A stretch of DNA of 64,000 nucleotides, from NCBI GenBank assembly GCA_963787835.1, contig CAWBEI010000004.1, forward strand, positions 288,001-352,000. The letters run 5' to 3'. Every line of letters starts with the position of its first letter. The first letter of the stretch is position 1. The position numbers and the translations under genes are program-made. Under the pieces are notes generated by a model. That model was not told the DNA's origin, ran no database searches, and saw nothing but the letters and a program-made list of their open reading frames with translations. This document shows positions 1 through 9,864 of this stretch, piece after piece. The stretch comes from Ignavibacteriota bacterium. Lineage in GTDB: Bacteria > Bacteroidota > Ignavibacteria > Palsa-1295.

Positions 1-535
1 TATTCGTTCCATCCTTGAACGTGCAATTCAGAACCTGAAAATTCTCGGTTCCATCAATTTTAAGACAGGCTCCCGTATTTTCTTTCCCGGTATTGTTTAG
101 ATCGGTAAAATTACAATTCTCGATGATAATATCGTGATTCGAAGTAAAGCACGCATACTGATAATCGAAGAACAGCAGATGATAGACCTCAGCGCTATCG
201 GCCCGGTCGTTGCCATATAAATTCAGTCCGGATATTTTCAGATATTGCGCCGCCTGGAAGGTATATTGCACATGGATCGAAACCGAATCTTGTTCGTAGG
301 GCATAATGACTATCCACTTATCCGGCGTACCGATCAGGCTGTCGATCAAGGTATTGGCATCCGAATACGTGCCGGCATGGACGAAAATGGTATCGCCGGG
401 ATGCACCACTTTGGCATTCGCCGCTGCGCCGATATTCGGATACGCCTGCCCCGGCCCAACTTGGATCTGCGCCCATCCGGAGATCGGAAGAAGCAGGGCA
501 AATAAAAGCACGAAAGAGATTCGAAAAGTACTCAT
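1..535 (-). CDS. Secreted right-handed parallel beta-helix (pectin-lyase-like) protein, runs off the left edge of the window
   Basis: Hand translation from ATG at 535: MSTFRISFVLLFALLLPISGWAQIQVGPGQAYPNIGAAA...HPGDTIFVHAGTY...HDIIIENCNFTD...LKIDGTENFQVLNCTFKD. Signal peptide, PGDTIxVxxGxY motif and beta-helix repeats. Open to base 1, so missing from the ORF track. Confidence 0.8.
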   Translation of the reverse strand, partial: MSTFRISFVLLFALLLPISGWAQIQVGPGQAYPNIGAAANAKVVHPGDTIFVHAGTYSDANTLIDSLIGTPDKWIVIMPYEQDSVSIHVQYTFQAAQYLKISGLNLYGNDRADSAEVYHLLFFDYQYACFTSNHDIIIENCNFTDLNNTGKENTGACLKIDGTENFQVLNCTFKDGTN

Positions 536-646
536 GGTTAATCAAACTAACAATATTTCACAAACAATGCCGTCATAAGATACTGCAATGGAAACAGGGC
601 CAACATCTGTTTTTCTCACGGATCAAATTTTTAAGATTATACTATT

Positions 647-1639
<993 letters not shown>

Positions 1640-1655
1640 ACGATTTTCGCCCGGA

Positions 1656-2507
1656 CTATTTTATCCCTTCTGTCTGAAGTGGACTTATTCTCACTGGTTC
1701 TAACACAACTACTTCTTTTGGTTTCAGTGCTCGATAGATCAGAGCCATATAAAACGGCTCATATTTGATGGTGAATACCAATGTGAGTAGGGCGAGGAAT
1801 AGCTGCATTGCTCCAAGGATTGATTTTGAGATTGGCAATGCGCTGACCAGTGTGCTCAACAAATGGGTCGGTATCCATGCTACGAATGCACATTGGAATA
1901 CGAAGAGCATATCCTTCCGCGCAAGCCGCCAGCTTTCACCGATGGCATCCATGGCAAGGCCGCTTTCCATGACGGCTGGGAGCGATAAATAGAGGAACAA
2001 AAAGGGTAGCGGACTTAGTATCTGTACATCGAATGGTTCCAATCCGGCATACTTGAGAATGGCTTCGAGGATACCAAGCGGTGCGGCCAGCAAAATTCCC
2101 ATGCGGAAGATCGCCCATGCGCGTTTGACAAATACCGGCTCCCGATCATCTACTGTTGCAAGTGCGATCTCCATAGCTCTTGCCAAGATCTTTGTGGAGG
2201 AATGGCCAAGCCAGATAAGATAGGTGCTCAGGAGTGCGAGTATAAAAAGGGCGAGTGCTCCAATCTTTAGAATGTTCCCAATGTCAGGGGTTGCATGTTT
2301 GGGTGTAGTATGTTGCGGAACGGGATTTCCAGAACGAAGAGCGAGGTACACAACCAAAAGAATGACGAACAGTATTATCAGGGGGCTGAACCCGAGGATC
2401 GACTGCCTCAACAGACGCGATGTTTCCCTTCTCTTTTCTCGCGCAAGCCGCAGCGCCTCTTTCAGAAGCTCCGGAATGGTGGGAAGGGAAGTGGGGTCGG
2501 GAATCAT
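1656..2507 (-). CDS. Hypothetical multi-pass membrane protein
   Basis: 283-aa ORF with about 6 hydrophobic segments and an 'AMDAIGESWRL' motif common in DUF975/DUF7847-like membrane proteins. Confidence 0.7.
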   Translation of the reverse strand: MIPDPTSLPTIPELLKEALRLAREKRRETSRLLRQSILGFSPLIILFVILLVVYLALRSGNPVPQHTTPKHATPDIGNILKIGALALFILALLSTYLIWLGHSSTKILARAMEIALATVDDREPVFVKRAWAIFRMGILLAAPLGILEAILKYAGLEPFDVQILSPLPFLFLYLSLPAVMESGLAMDAIGESWRLARKDMLFVFQCAFVAWIPTHLLSTLVSALPISKSILGAMQLFLALLTLVFTIKYEPFYMALIYRALKPKEVVVLEPVRISPLQTEGIK

Positions 2508-2657
2508 AAATGTTCTGCCATTGATTCAGATTATAACGACGTAAATTATTGATGCGACGATCTTTATAAATGTTGGATTTTCATATTTAGTGCCGAAGGA
2601 CAAACCGGGACTTAATCATGAGGCGCAATGTTTTAGGATAAGCAGTATCAATCGTCT

Positions 2658-3167
2658 ATGAAATCAACTATTTTTCTATTTGCTGTAGCGTTTAGTATGA
2701 GCGGGAATGCATTTGCCCAAAAGGTTGAGGATAGAATGACGCCAGCTCAGCTTAAGACCCTGTTTCCTCAGTATTCAAAGATGTTCGATGATTCGGGTAT
2801 TGTCGCGATGGATTCATCAGATCATTTCTACTTTCACGGTGTGAAGGGTGAGGCGGACTTCATGTTCCAATTTGGCCATCTCAAGTGGTTTCGATGGGTT
2901 TATTCGAATGGGAAAAAACCATTTACACTTTTGACAAAAAAGGATCGGAAAAAATTATCTAAAGTATTCAAAGGATTAATTGCCGATTATGGGCCTTTTC
3001 AAGTACAAACTACTTTTGGTGATTTCTATTGGCGAATGCCACGTGCTAACGTTGCCTGTAATTATTCCGCTCGAGATTTTAGGTTTGGGGTTTTTGACAG
3101 CGCATTTGTAAAAATGATGTTCGCCCCCACCCCGAATCAGCATGACTCAATCGCTGTAAAACGTTAG
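2658..3167 (+). CDS. Hypothetical secreted protein
   Basis: Sec signal peptide MKSTIFLFAVAFSMSGNAFA-Q; fills the gap between neighbouring genes. Confidence 0.7.
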   Translation: MKSTIFLFAVAFSMSGNAFAQKVEDRMTPAQLKTLFPQYSKMFDDSGIVAMDSSDHFYFHGVKGEADFMFQFGHLKWFRWVYSNGKKPFTLLTKKDRKKLSKVFKGLIADYGPFQVQTTFGDFYWRMPRANVACNYSARDFRFGVFDSAFVKMMFAPTPNQHDSIAVKR

Positions 3168-3184
3168 CGTATCGCAGGTCACTC

Positions 3185-4414
3185 TCAATGCTTCCCATTC
3201 TGATGCATCCCTTCATGCATCCCTGTCAAAATATGGCCCAGCTTTTTGCGCTTGGTTTCTAAGTAACCGGCGTTCCGTGCGTTCGCGGGAATTTCTATGG
3301 GAACTCGCTCGACGATTTCGAGGCCATAGCTTGAAAGTCCCACCACTTTTTTCGGGTTGTTCGTCATGAGGCGCATTTTGCGGACACCGAGATCGGCCAG
3401 CAGTTGCGCGCCCAATCCGTAATCGCGCAGGTCGGCTTTGAATCCCAGCGCCTCGTTCGCTTCGACGGTATCCGCGCCTTCTTCCTGCAATTTGTAGGCG
3501 CGCAGCTTGTTCGCCAACCCGATTCCGCGACCCTCCTGACGCATATACACCACCACTCCGCGCCCCGCTGCTTCGACCATCATCATCGCGGCGTGAAGCT
3601 GATCCTGGCAATCGCAGCGCAGGGAACCCAACGTATCGCCGGTGAAGCACTCGGAGTGAACGCGCACCAGCACCGGCTCGCCGTTTGCAATATCGCCTTT
3701 CGTGAGCGCAATATGCTCTTTGCCATCTACTTTATTTTCGTACAGATGCAAACGGAAATCGCTGTATTCCGTGGGAAGGTTCACTTCGACGATCTTGTGC
3801 ATCAGCTTCTCCCGCGTCATGCGGTACGCGATGAGATCCTGCACGGAGATAAGCTTGAGATCGAATTCCTCGGCAAACTTCACAAGCTCCGGCATCCGCG
3901 ACATGGAACCATCCTCGTTCATCACTTCACACAGCAGCGCGATGGGTTGGAAGCCCGCCATGCGCGCCAGATCGACTGCAGCCTCAGTATGTCCCGCGCG
4001 GCGCAGCACGCCTTCATCCACAGCGCGAAGTGGGAAGATATGTCCCGGTCGTGCAAAATCATGTCCGACGGTCTTTGGATTTGTCAGCGCGAGAACCGTT
4101 TTTGCGCGATCGCTGGCAGAAACGCCTGTCGAAGTTCCATACAGATAATCGATGCTGACGGTGAATGGAGTTCCATGCCGCGCCGTGTTCACATCCACCA
4201 TCATCGGAAGATCAAGCTCAGCAGCGCGCGCTTCGGTGATCGGCGCGCAAATAATTCCACTCGTGCGGCGCAGCATGAACGCGATCATCTCCGGCGTAAC
4301 CATTTCTGCCGCCGCGATGAGGTCGCCTTCGTTCTCGCGGTCTTCGTCATCGACAACGATGACCATCCGCCCGCGCCGGATGTCTTCAAGGGCTTCGTTG
4401 ATGGTGTTTAGCAT
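3185..4414 (-). CDS. ribBA: Bifunctional DHBP synthase / GTP cyclohydrolase II
   Basis: [62 protein letters not shown]. Confidence 0.98.
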   Translation of the reverse strand: MLNTINEALEDIRRGRMVIVVDDEDRENEGDLIAAAEMVTPEMIAFMLRRTSGIICAPITEARAAELDLPMMVDVNTARHGTPFTVSIDYLYGTSTGVSASDRAKTVLALTNPKTVGHDFARPGHIFPLRAVDEGVLRRAGHTEAAVDLARMAGFQPIALLCEVMNEDGSMSRMPELVKFAEEFDLKLISVQDLIAYRMTREKLMHKIVEVNLPTEYSDFRLHLYENKVDGKEHIALTKGDIANGEPVLVRVHSECFTGDTLGSLRCDCQDQLHAAMMMVEAAGRGVVVYMRQEGRGIGLANKLRAYKLQEEGADTVEANEALGFKADLRDYGLGAQLLADLGVRKMRLMTNNPKKVVGLSSYGLEIVERVPIEIPANARNAGYLETKRKKLGHILTGMHEGMHQNGKH

Positions 4415-4439
4415 GGATGAGAATGGAAAAAATTAAATG

Positions 4440-4567
4440 GTCATTGCGAGAAGGGAATTGCGAAGCGGAGCGCAGCAATTCCCGACGAAGCAATCTCACT
4501 CTGAAGAGCAAGGGATTTCTTCGTCGAGCATTCTCCGCTCCGCTACGAATGCTCTCCTCGCAATGAC
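4440..4567. repeat. GTCA...TGAC-bounded palindromic element (REP/RPE-like)
   Basis: Termini GTCATTGCGAG / CTCGCAATGAC with nested hairpins GGGAATTGC...GCAATTCCC and GAGCATTC...GAATGCTC. Confidence 0.85.
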
Positions 4568-4590
4568 GTGATAGTCGATAATGACATGGG

Positions 4591-4956
4591 TTACGCTGCA
4601 GGTTTATCCGCGTTCTTTGGTACCACAGTTCCCAGCGCATTCTTTTCGATACGGATCTTTGTGTTATCTGAAACCTGCAGCAGCACGGTAGTGTCTTCAA
4701 CTTGCGCGACCGTACCATGAATACCATGCGAAGTGATCACTTTATCACCCTTTTCAACGGCCTTGACGAGTTCTTCACGCGCTTTCTGGCGTTTTTTCTG
4801 AGGGCGATAGATAAGAAAATAGAAAATAAAACCAATGAGGATGATGGGGAGGAATTGCATTATTGGATCGGTTTGCGGTCCGCCGGAAGCGCCGCCGCTT
4901 GGCGGGGACATCAATAGTTGCCAGTGTTGGAGTGTGAAAAGGGAGGAGAACGTCAT
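4591..4956 (-). CDS. yajC: Preprotein translocase subunit YajC
   Basis: IFYFLIYRPQKKRQK...VEKGDKVITSHGIHGTV. Confidence 0.95.
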   Translation of the reverse strand: MTFSSLFTLQHWQLLMSPPSGGASGGPQTDPIMQFLPIILIGFIFYFLIYRPQKKRQKAREELVKAVEKGDKVITSHGIHGTVAQVEDTTVLLQVSDNTKIRIEKNALGTVVPKNADKPAA

Positions 4957-5199
4957 GTGAATACGGAATATGGTTAAGAAAACGGCTAAATTATTTGTAT
5001 AATGCTATTTTTCTATGATAGCTTAACGAAAACAGAAAAAAGGGGCGAATCATTCTATGATGAATGCACTGTTTTGGTCATCGTGTACCAAGGGGAACTG
5101 CTATTTGTTATATCGTTTCGTCCATGAATGACAGGACGGATTCATTCACAGGAACGTACTCAAAATCACTCGATTTTTACGATTGTTTCGACTACCACA

Positions 5200-5667
5200 T
5201 TGAAACTCACCGATTATCTCAAACCTGATTCGATCGAGATCGGCATCGCCGCCGATTCGAAAGAGGCGTTGCTTGACGCCATTCTCAAATTAGCGGATAA
5301 GAATCCGCATGTTCTCGACGCCAAAAAGGTGCATGCCGCCGTATTTGAGCGCGAAAAGATCATGTCCACTGGCGTCGGGAAGAACTTCGCGATCCCGCAC
5401 GGTAAGACGGATGCGGTCGATGATATTGTCCTTGCCTTTGCAACAACGGCCCAGCCCGTCAATTATGGTTCGATGGATAACGAACCAGTGCGGCTTGTAC
5501 TGTTGCTTGTGAGCAAGGAGAGCCTCGTGAGCCAGCGGCTGAGCCTACTCAGCCGCGCCTCCAAAGTGATGAACTCCGATGCCGCCCGTACCGCGCTCAT
5601 GAATGCCAAAACGCCCGAAGAAGTGATCTCCATTTTCAATCAGGAAGAAGCGCGCATTGGAGAATAA
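5200..5667 (+). CDS. PTS EIIA (fructose/nitrogen type) domain protein
   Basis: REKIMSTGVGKNFAIPHGK phospho-His motif. Start placed at TTG 5200 (MKLTDYL); the ORF track starts at 5128. Confidence 0.9.
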   Translation: MKLTDYLKPDSIEIGIAADSKEALLDAILKLADKNPHVLDAKKVHAAVFEREKIMSTGVGKNFAIPHGKTDAVDDIVLAFATTAQPVNYGSMDNEPVRLVLLLVSKESLVSQRLSLLSRASKVMNSDAARTALMNAKTPEEVISIFNQEEARIGE

Positions 5668-6985
5668 GTTGTCCAAAGCTGAACAGCTCCAGGCTCCTCG
5701 TGGGACGAAGGATATTCTGCCTGCCGAAGCCGCAAAATGGCGCGAGATCGAACGGGCCGTCGATGATGTGGCTGCGCTCTTCGGCTATGGGGAGATCCGC
5801 ACGCCTGCGTTCGAACAACTTCGCCTTTTTAAGCGAGCCGTTGGTGAAGAAACGGATATTGTTTCGAAAGAGATGTTCCTCCTGCAATCGAAATCGGAGG
5901 ATGAAGAATTTGCTTTGCGTCCGGAGTTGACGGCCCCCGTTGTTCGCGCAGCCATCGAACATGGAATACTCACAGGACAATCAGATTGCTTACGACTTTA
6001 TTATAATCGAGCCGCAAATTTTCGATACGAGAAACCGCAGAAGGGAAGATTCCGCCAATTTCACCAGTTCGGTACAGAATTGCTTGGGCCGGATAGTCCG
6101 CTTGCCGATGCAGAGACGATCTCCTTCGCCATTGCAGTCTATCGAAGGCTTGGACTTTCAAATTTTAAGGTAAGACTTAATTCCCTCGCATCGCCATCGG
6201 CACGAGAAGAGTGGAAGCGAATTCTCGTTGATTATCTGCGCCTGAATCTCGACTTACTCTCGGATGAGAGTAATCGCCGCACCGAGACGAACCCCATGCG
6301 CGTGCTCGATTCAAAAGACGAACGCGATCAGGGCGTGATAAGCGGTGCGCCGTTGCTTTCGGAATATCTTTCAACCGATGACCGCTCACATTTCGAGAGT
6401 CTGCAAAATTTGCTTCGAACAGTAGGTATCGAGTTTAACGTCGATCCACTCCTCGTGCGCGGCATTGATTATTATACTCGCACCGTATTCGAAATAACTT
6501 CCAGCGATCTCGGTTCGCAGGATGCGCTGTGTGGCGGCGGACGATACGATAATCTTGTCGAGCAATTGGGAGGTCACGCCACGCCGGCCATTGGCTTCGG
6601 CGGGGGGATGGAACGGTTGCTCATCGCGCTTGAAAATCCTGTGGAACGAAAGCGATCGGCCCGTTCGAACACTTCCATTTTCGTTGTCGCGCTTAGCGCA
6701 TCTGACGCGCTCGCGCCGTATCGCATAACGCCGGTTCAATTGCAAGCGTTTGCCACGACGAGCGAACTTCGCGCATCCGGATTCATTGCGATGATGGACT
6801 TAAATGGCCGCTCGATGAAGGCCCAAATGCGCGAGGCCAACCGCGTGGAAGCATCGTTCACATACATTATCGGAGAGAACGAGCTTTCCGAAGGCGCAGG
6901 GATCCTGAAGGACATGCAAACTGGAGATCAGGAAAATGTGGCGTTCGATGCCGTTGTTGCCCGCATATTAGCACACACTTCTTAA
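5657..6985 (+). CDS. hisS: Histidine--tRNA ligase
   Basis: PRGTKDILP, LRPELTAPVVRA, FRYEKPQKGRFRQFHQFG, LVRGIDYYTRTVFE, GGGRYDNL. Confidence 0.98.
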   Translation: MENKLSKAEQLQAPRGTKDILPAEAAKWREIERAVDDVAALFGYGEIRTPAFEQLRLFKRAVGEETDIVSKEMFLLQSKSEDEEFALRPELTAPVVRAAIEHGILTGQSDCLRLYYNRAANFRYEKPQKGRFRQFHQFGTELLGPDSPLADAETISFAIAVYRRLGLSNFKVRLNSLASPSAREEWKRILVDYLRLNLDLLSDESNRRTETNPMRVLDSKDERDQGVISGAPLLSEYLSTDDRSHFESLQNLLRTVGIEFNVDPLLVRGIDYYTRTVFEITSSDLGSQDALCGGGRYDNLVEQLGGHATPAIGFGGGMERLLIALENPVERKRSARSNTSIFVVALSASDALAPYRITPVQLQAFATTSELRASGFIAMMDLNGRSMKAQMREANRVEASFTYIIGENELSEGAGILKDMQTGDQENVAFDAVVARILAHTS

Positions 6986-7006
6986 TTTTTCATTCTTAAT
7001 TCTTAA
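6979..7006. repeat. Heptamer tandem repeat (TTCTTAA-like, 4 units)
   Basis: TTCTTAA TTTTTCA TTCTTAA TTCTTAA; related runs at 16730-16757, 36475-36495 and 45631-45644. Confidence 0.7.
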
Positions 7007-7011
7007 TTGAC

Positions 7012-7938
7012 ATGGAGCCATTACCACCAGTAAAAGAGGTCGAATATCGCTGTTATATCGGCAAAGTGTTCGAGGAACTTTCGGGAACCGAGTTCATGAC
7101 CTTCGCCTTCGAGACTGCGAAGGAATTCTCGAGCTTTCGCTACGAGATCGCCGTGCGATACCGCATTCAGCCGGGGCTGCTCGAGTTCAAAGTGCTTGGC
7201 ATGACGGCCACGCGCACGATGATGCCGGCCTTCGGTACGGCTCGCTCCGTGCTTAAGGTGCCGTTGCTGCCATTGGGGGTCTATACGGTGAAGCTCATCA
7301 AGAGCGACGACACCGAGAATATTTTCACTATAGAGGTCTCGAAGAAGGGATTTCAGATATTACTTCCCATTCCGCGCAAGCGATTTATCGATCTAGTCAT
7401 CGAGGATAAGGCTGCGGCACCGAACGCGCGTCATGTCTCGACGGTTTCGAAAGCGCCGCCTACACCGCTGGTGCCGCGCACGATCCAGAAGCGCGCGCCC
7501 GGCATGTTAGATGGCGAATCTGCGGAATATAACGATGCGCCGGAAGAACAGGAGGTCGATGAGGAGGAGGCATTATTTGGAGAGAGCACGAAACCGAAGA
7601 GCGGCGCAAAGCATGTGATCGATGAGATCCAGGAAGTTCCGGAAACCGTGAAACCTGCCCCGAAGGCAGAGCCAAAGCCTGAAGCAAAAGCTGAACCGAA
7701 GGCCGAGGCAAAGGCAGTGAAAACAACTGTTACGAAAGCTAAGGCCGATAAACCGAAAAAGGCTGAGACAAAACCAGCTAAGGTTGCACACGTTGCAGCC
7801 AAAGCTGCTAAGAAACCGGCGGCAAAAGCGAAGCCAAGCGCTCCCGCGAAAAAAGCTGCACCCAAAAAGAAACCCGCGCCAAAACCAAAGGCTTCACCTA
7901 AAGCAAAACCTGCAAAAAAGAGCGGAAAGAAAAAGTGA
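7012..7938 (+). CDS. Hypothetical protein with globular N-domain, acidic linker and histone-H1-like Lys/Ala/Pro tail
   Basis: EEQEVDEEE linker; C-terminal AAKAAKKPAAKAKPSAPAKKAAPKKKPAPKPK...KKSGKKK. Confidence 0.8.
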   Translation: MEPLPPVKEVEYRCYIGKVFEELSGTEFMTFAFETAKEFSSFRYEIAVRYRIQPGLLEFKVLGMTATRTMMPAFGTARSVLKVPLLPLGVYTVKLIKSDDTENIFTIEVSKKGFQILLPIPRKRFIDLVIEDKAAAPNARHVSTVSKAPPTPLVPRTIQKRAPGMLDGESAEYNDAPEEQEVDEEEALFGESTKPKSGAKHVIDEIQEVPETVKPAPKAEPKPEAKAEPKAEAKAVKTTVTKAKADKPKKAETKPAKVAHVAAKAAKKPAAKAKPSAPAKKAAPKKKPAPKPKASPKAKPAKKSGKKK

Positions 7939-7981
7939 AATTAGTGCAACGTCACTAACAAGCCGTTATACATTCGGACCA

Positions 7982-8061
7982 TGTCATTCCCGCGAAAGCG
8001 GGAATCCAGATTGCTTCGTTATGCTAACACCGAATGGATTCCCGCTTTCGCGGGAATGACA
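7982..8061. repeat. Palindromic element, copy 1 (TGTCATTCCCGCGAAAGCGGGAATCC type)
   Basis: Perfect terminal inverted repeats TGTCATTCCCGCGAAAGCGGGAATCCA / TGGATTCCCGCTTTCGCGGGAATGACA. Confidence 0.95.
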
Positions 8062-8092
8062 GTTCTTGGATGTTTACATTCTTAGAATGTGA

Positions 8093-8494
8093 TTACTTCC
8101 AACGGAACCGGAACGTCACGCTGGTGCCATCGTGGGAGGATTCGATGGAGGAGTCGCTGGTAAGGGCTTTCAGGAGATACACGCCGCGTCCGCCGGGGCG
8201 ATGAAGATAGGGGCCGTTGGTTGGGTCGGGCACCAGTTCGGGCACAAAGCCCGCGCCACGGTCGCGAACGGTAAAAGCTATCTCGTGGTCTTCGGTTTTA
8301 CACTCGAGCTTCACCTTGCTGGTTCGGCATTCTTTGCATCCGTGGCGGATGGCATTCGTTACACACTCGGAAAGCGCAAGCAACACGTTATGGCGAAGCT
8401 CGTTGGGCACGCTGGCGCGGTCGAGCTGACGCCGAGTCCACTCGTGAACTTGTTCCAGTTCATCTAATCTGCCCGGTATGAGCAAATGATCCAT
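8093..8494 (-). CDS. RsbW-like anti-sigma factor / HATPase_c Ser kinase
   Basis: LALSECVTNAIRHG (N box), VRDRGAGF (G1), VPDPT, GGRGVYLL (G2). Confidence 0.9.
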   Translation of the reverse strand: MDHLLIPGRLDELEQVHEWTRRQLDRASVPNELRHNVLLALSECVTNAIRHGCKECRTSKVKLECKTEDHEIAFTVRDRGAGFVPELVPDPTNGPYLHRPGGRGVYLLKALTSDSSIESSHDGTSVTFRFRWK

Positions 8495-8529
8495 GAGAGA
8501 TAGCGATGAGTTCTTACAACGGTGAGTGG

Positions 8530-8856
8530 TTACTGCGTGCTTTGCTTTATTCGCGCCAATTCCTGCATCAGATCCATCAGCTTTGCCATTCCTGAGGGTG
8601 AAATCTCGAGAAGGTCCGCTGCACCGGAAAAGCCCTGTTCGCCAGCCTTTTGCAAAATTGTACGCACCTTATCTACGGCGTCCTTAAAAGATTGTTGCAG
8701 TCTGGAAAACCCTTCGGCCTTTGGCCCCTCGCGCTGCATGAGCTGAAACGTCTTATGGGCGAATGTCGCATAGAAAGCTAGCTCATGCTGTAAGCCTGGC
8801 TCACTCGAGAGGGAATCGAGCAGATCTTGAGCGACTTTGGGATTTTCGAGAGGCAT
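8530..8856 (-). CDS. Hypothetical helical protein
   Basis: 108-aa ATG ORF, co-oriented with its neighbours. Confidence 0.7.
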   Translation of the reverse strand: MPLENPKVAQDLLDSLSSEPGLQHELAFYATFAHKTFQLMQREGPKAEGFSRLQQSFKDAVDKVRTILQKAGEQGFSGAADLLEISPSGMAKLMDLMQELARIKQSTQ

Positions 8857-8872
8857 AATGTGACCATTTTCA

Positions 8873-8953
8873 TGTCATTCCCGCGAAAGCGGGAATCCAT
8901 TCGGTGTTGGCTATAACGGAGGAATCTGGATTCCCGCTTTCGCGGGAATGACA
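8873..8953. repeat. Palindromic element, copy 2 (inverted relative to copy 1)
   Basis: Same terminal repeats; the core CCATTCGGTGTTGGCTATAACGGAGGAATCTGG is a near reverse complement of the copy-1 core. Confidence 0.95.
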
Positions 8954-8962
8954 GCCAGATCT

Positions 8963-9676
8963 TTAAGCCACAGTCTCCGCTGGTGCAGGTTCCGCCACCG
9001 GAGTTGCCTCTGCAGCGGCGGAACTACCGCTTGCTCCCCGTGCGGTTTCTACGAACGCAAGAAGCTCATTATTGTATTTGTCCCAGATGGCGGGCTCCAT
9101 ATCTGCAACAATGGTGCGGAGGGCCTCCGAGGTGTTCGGTTTTGCCGTCACAAGTTCTTCAAGCTGGCGGTTATTGAAAAAGCTGTATGGCTTAACACGC
9201 GCTTCACGTGCGCGGGTATTGCGCCACTTACGGACGGCATCGAACAGAGGGAAATCCGCATCGGCGATCTGCGGCTTGTAATCCTCGGCGACGGCTTTCT
9301 CCACTTTGGCGGCGGGAGCAACAGAAATGGAGCGCTGATTTCCATTCGACCCAGATGATCGTTCAGAACCCGACGATCGCTCCGAAAACTTCCGTGGCTG
9401 GCCTCCGGCTGCAAATGTGCGATTATGCTCCATGGATTGTGCTGGACGGCTTTCCACTGCCGGACGCTGTTCGTAGGCAACGAATACATTCCACACACCA
9501 AGGATGATCGGGGAGCCATCGGCGGAGGGAAGTGCTGTCGATGGAGTGAAATTCGCAGACCAATGCCGGACCGTTTTGCCTGCGAGGAATTCGTTCATCG
9601 CATGTTCGTCGGTATCGTTGTGAATCTGAAAGGTCTTGATCTGAATATCGGACGATGAAAAATTAGTGTGCGCCAT
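8963..9676 (-). CDS. Stand-alone HRDC domain protein
   Basis: LFDAVRKWRNTRAREARVKPYSFFNNRQLEELVTAKPNTSEAL is HRDC-like. Start placed at ATG 9676. Confidence 0.85.
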   Translation of the reverse strand: MAHTNFSSSDIQIKTFQIHNDTDEHAMNEFLAGKTVRHWSANFTPSTALPSADGSPIILGVWNVFVAYEQRPAVESRPAQSMEHNRTFAAGGQPRKFSERSSGSERSSGSNGNQRSISVAPAAKVEKAVAEDYKPQIADADFPLFDAVRKWRNTRAREARVKPYSFFNNRQLEELVTAKPNTSEALRTIVADMEPAIWDKYNNELLAFVETARGASGSSAAAEATPVAEPAPAETVA

Positions 9677-9806
9677 GAAGAGGATGTTGAATATTTGAGA
9701 TTGGAATGGAAACTGGTAAATTCGGGCAATCACTCCCCGGTATGCCGCTATTTTGAACCGATTGCTATATCCACAAAAAAAATCTTGCCCAAATCAAAGA
9801 TTTTTT

Positions 9807-9831
9807 TGTAACCCGAGCGACCCTGTGCGTT
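9807..9831 (+). promoter_or_regulatory. Putative ECF-sigma promoter
   Basis: TGTAAC-N15-CGTT about 35 nt upstream of the gene at 9865; matches the AAC/CGT ECF consensus. Confidence 0.4.
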
Positions 9832-9864
9832 TTAACTATAGGGGATGTTTCCTCTGTTGGTTAA

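Noticed and set aside
3404-4411. 335-aa antisense ORF over ribBA, and similar ORFs over the AKR, clpB, prfB and tlpA genes
   Set aside because: Stop-poor antisense frames of GC-rich genes with no recognisable motifs.
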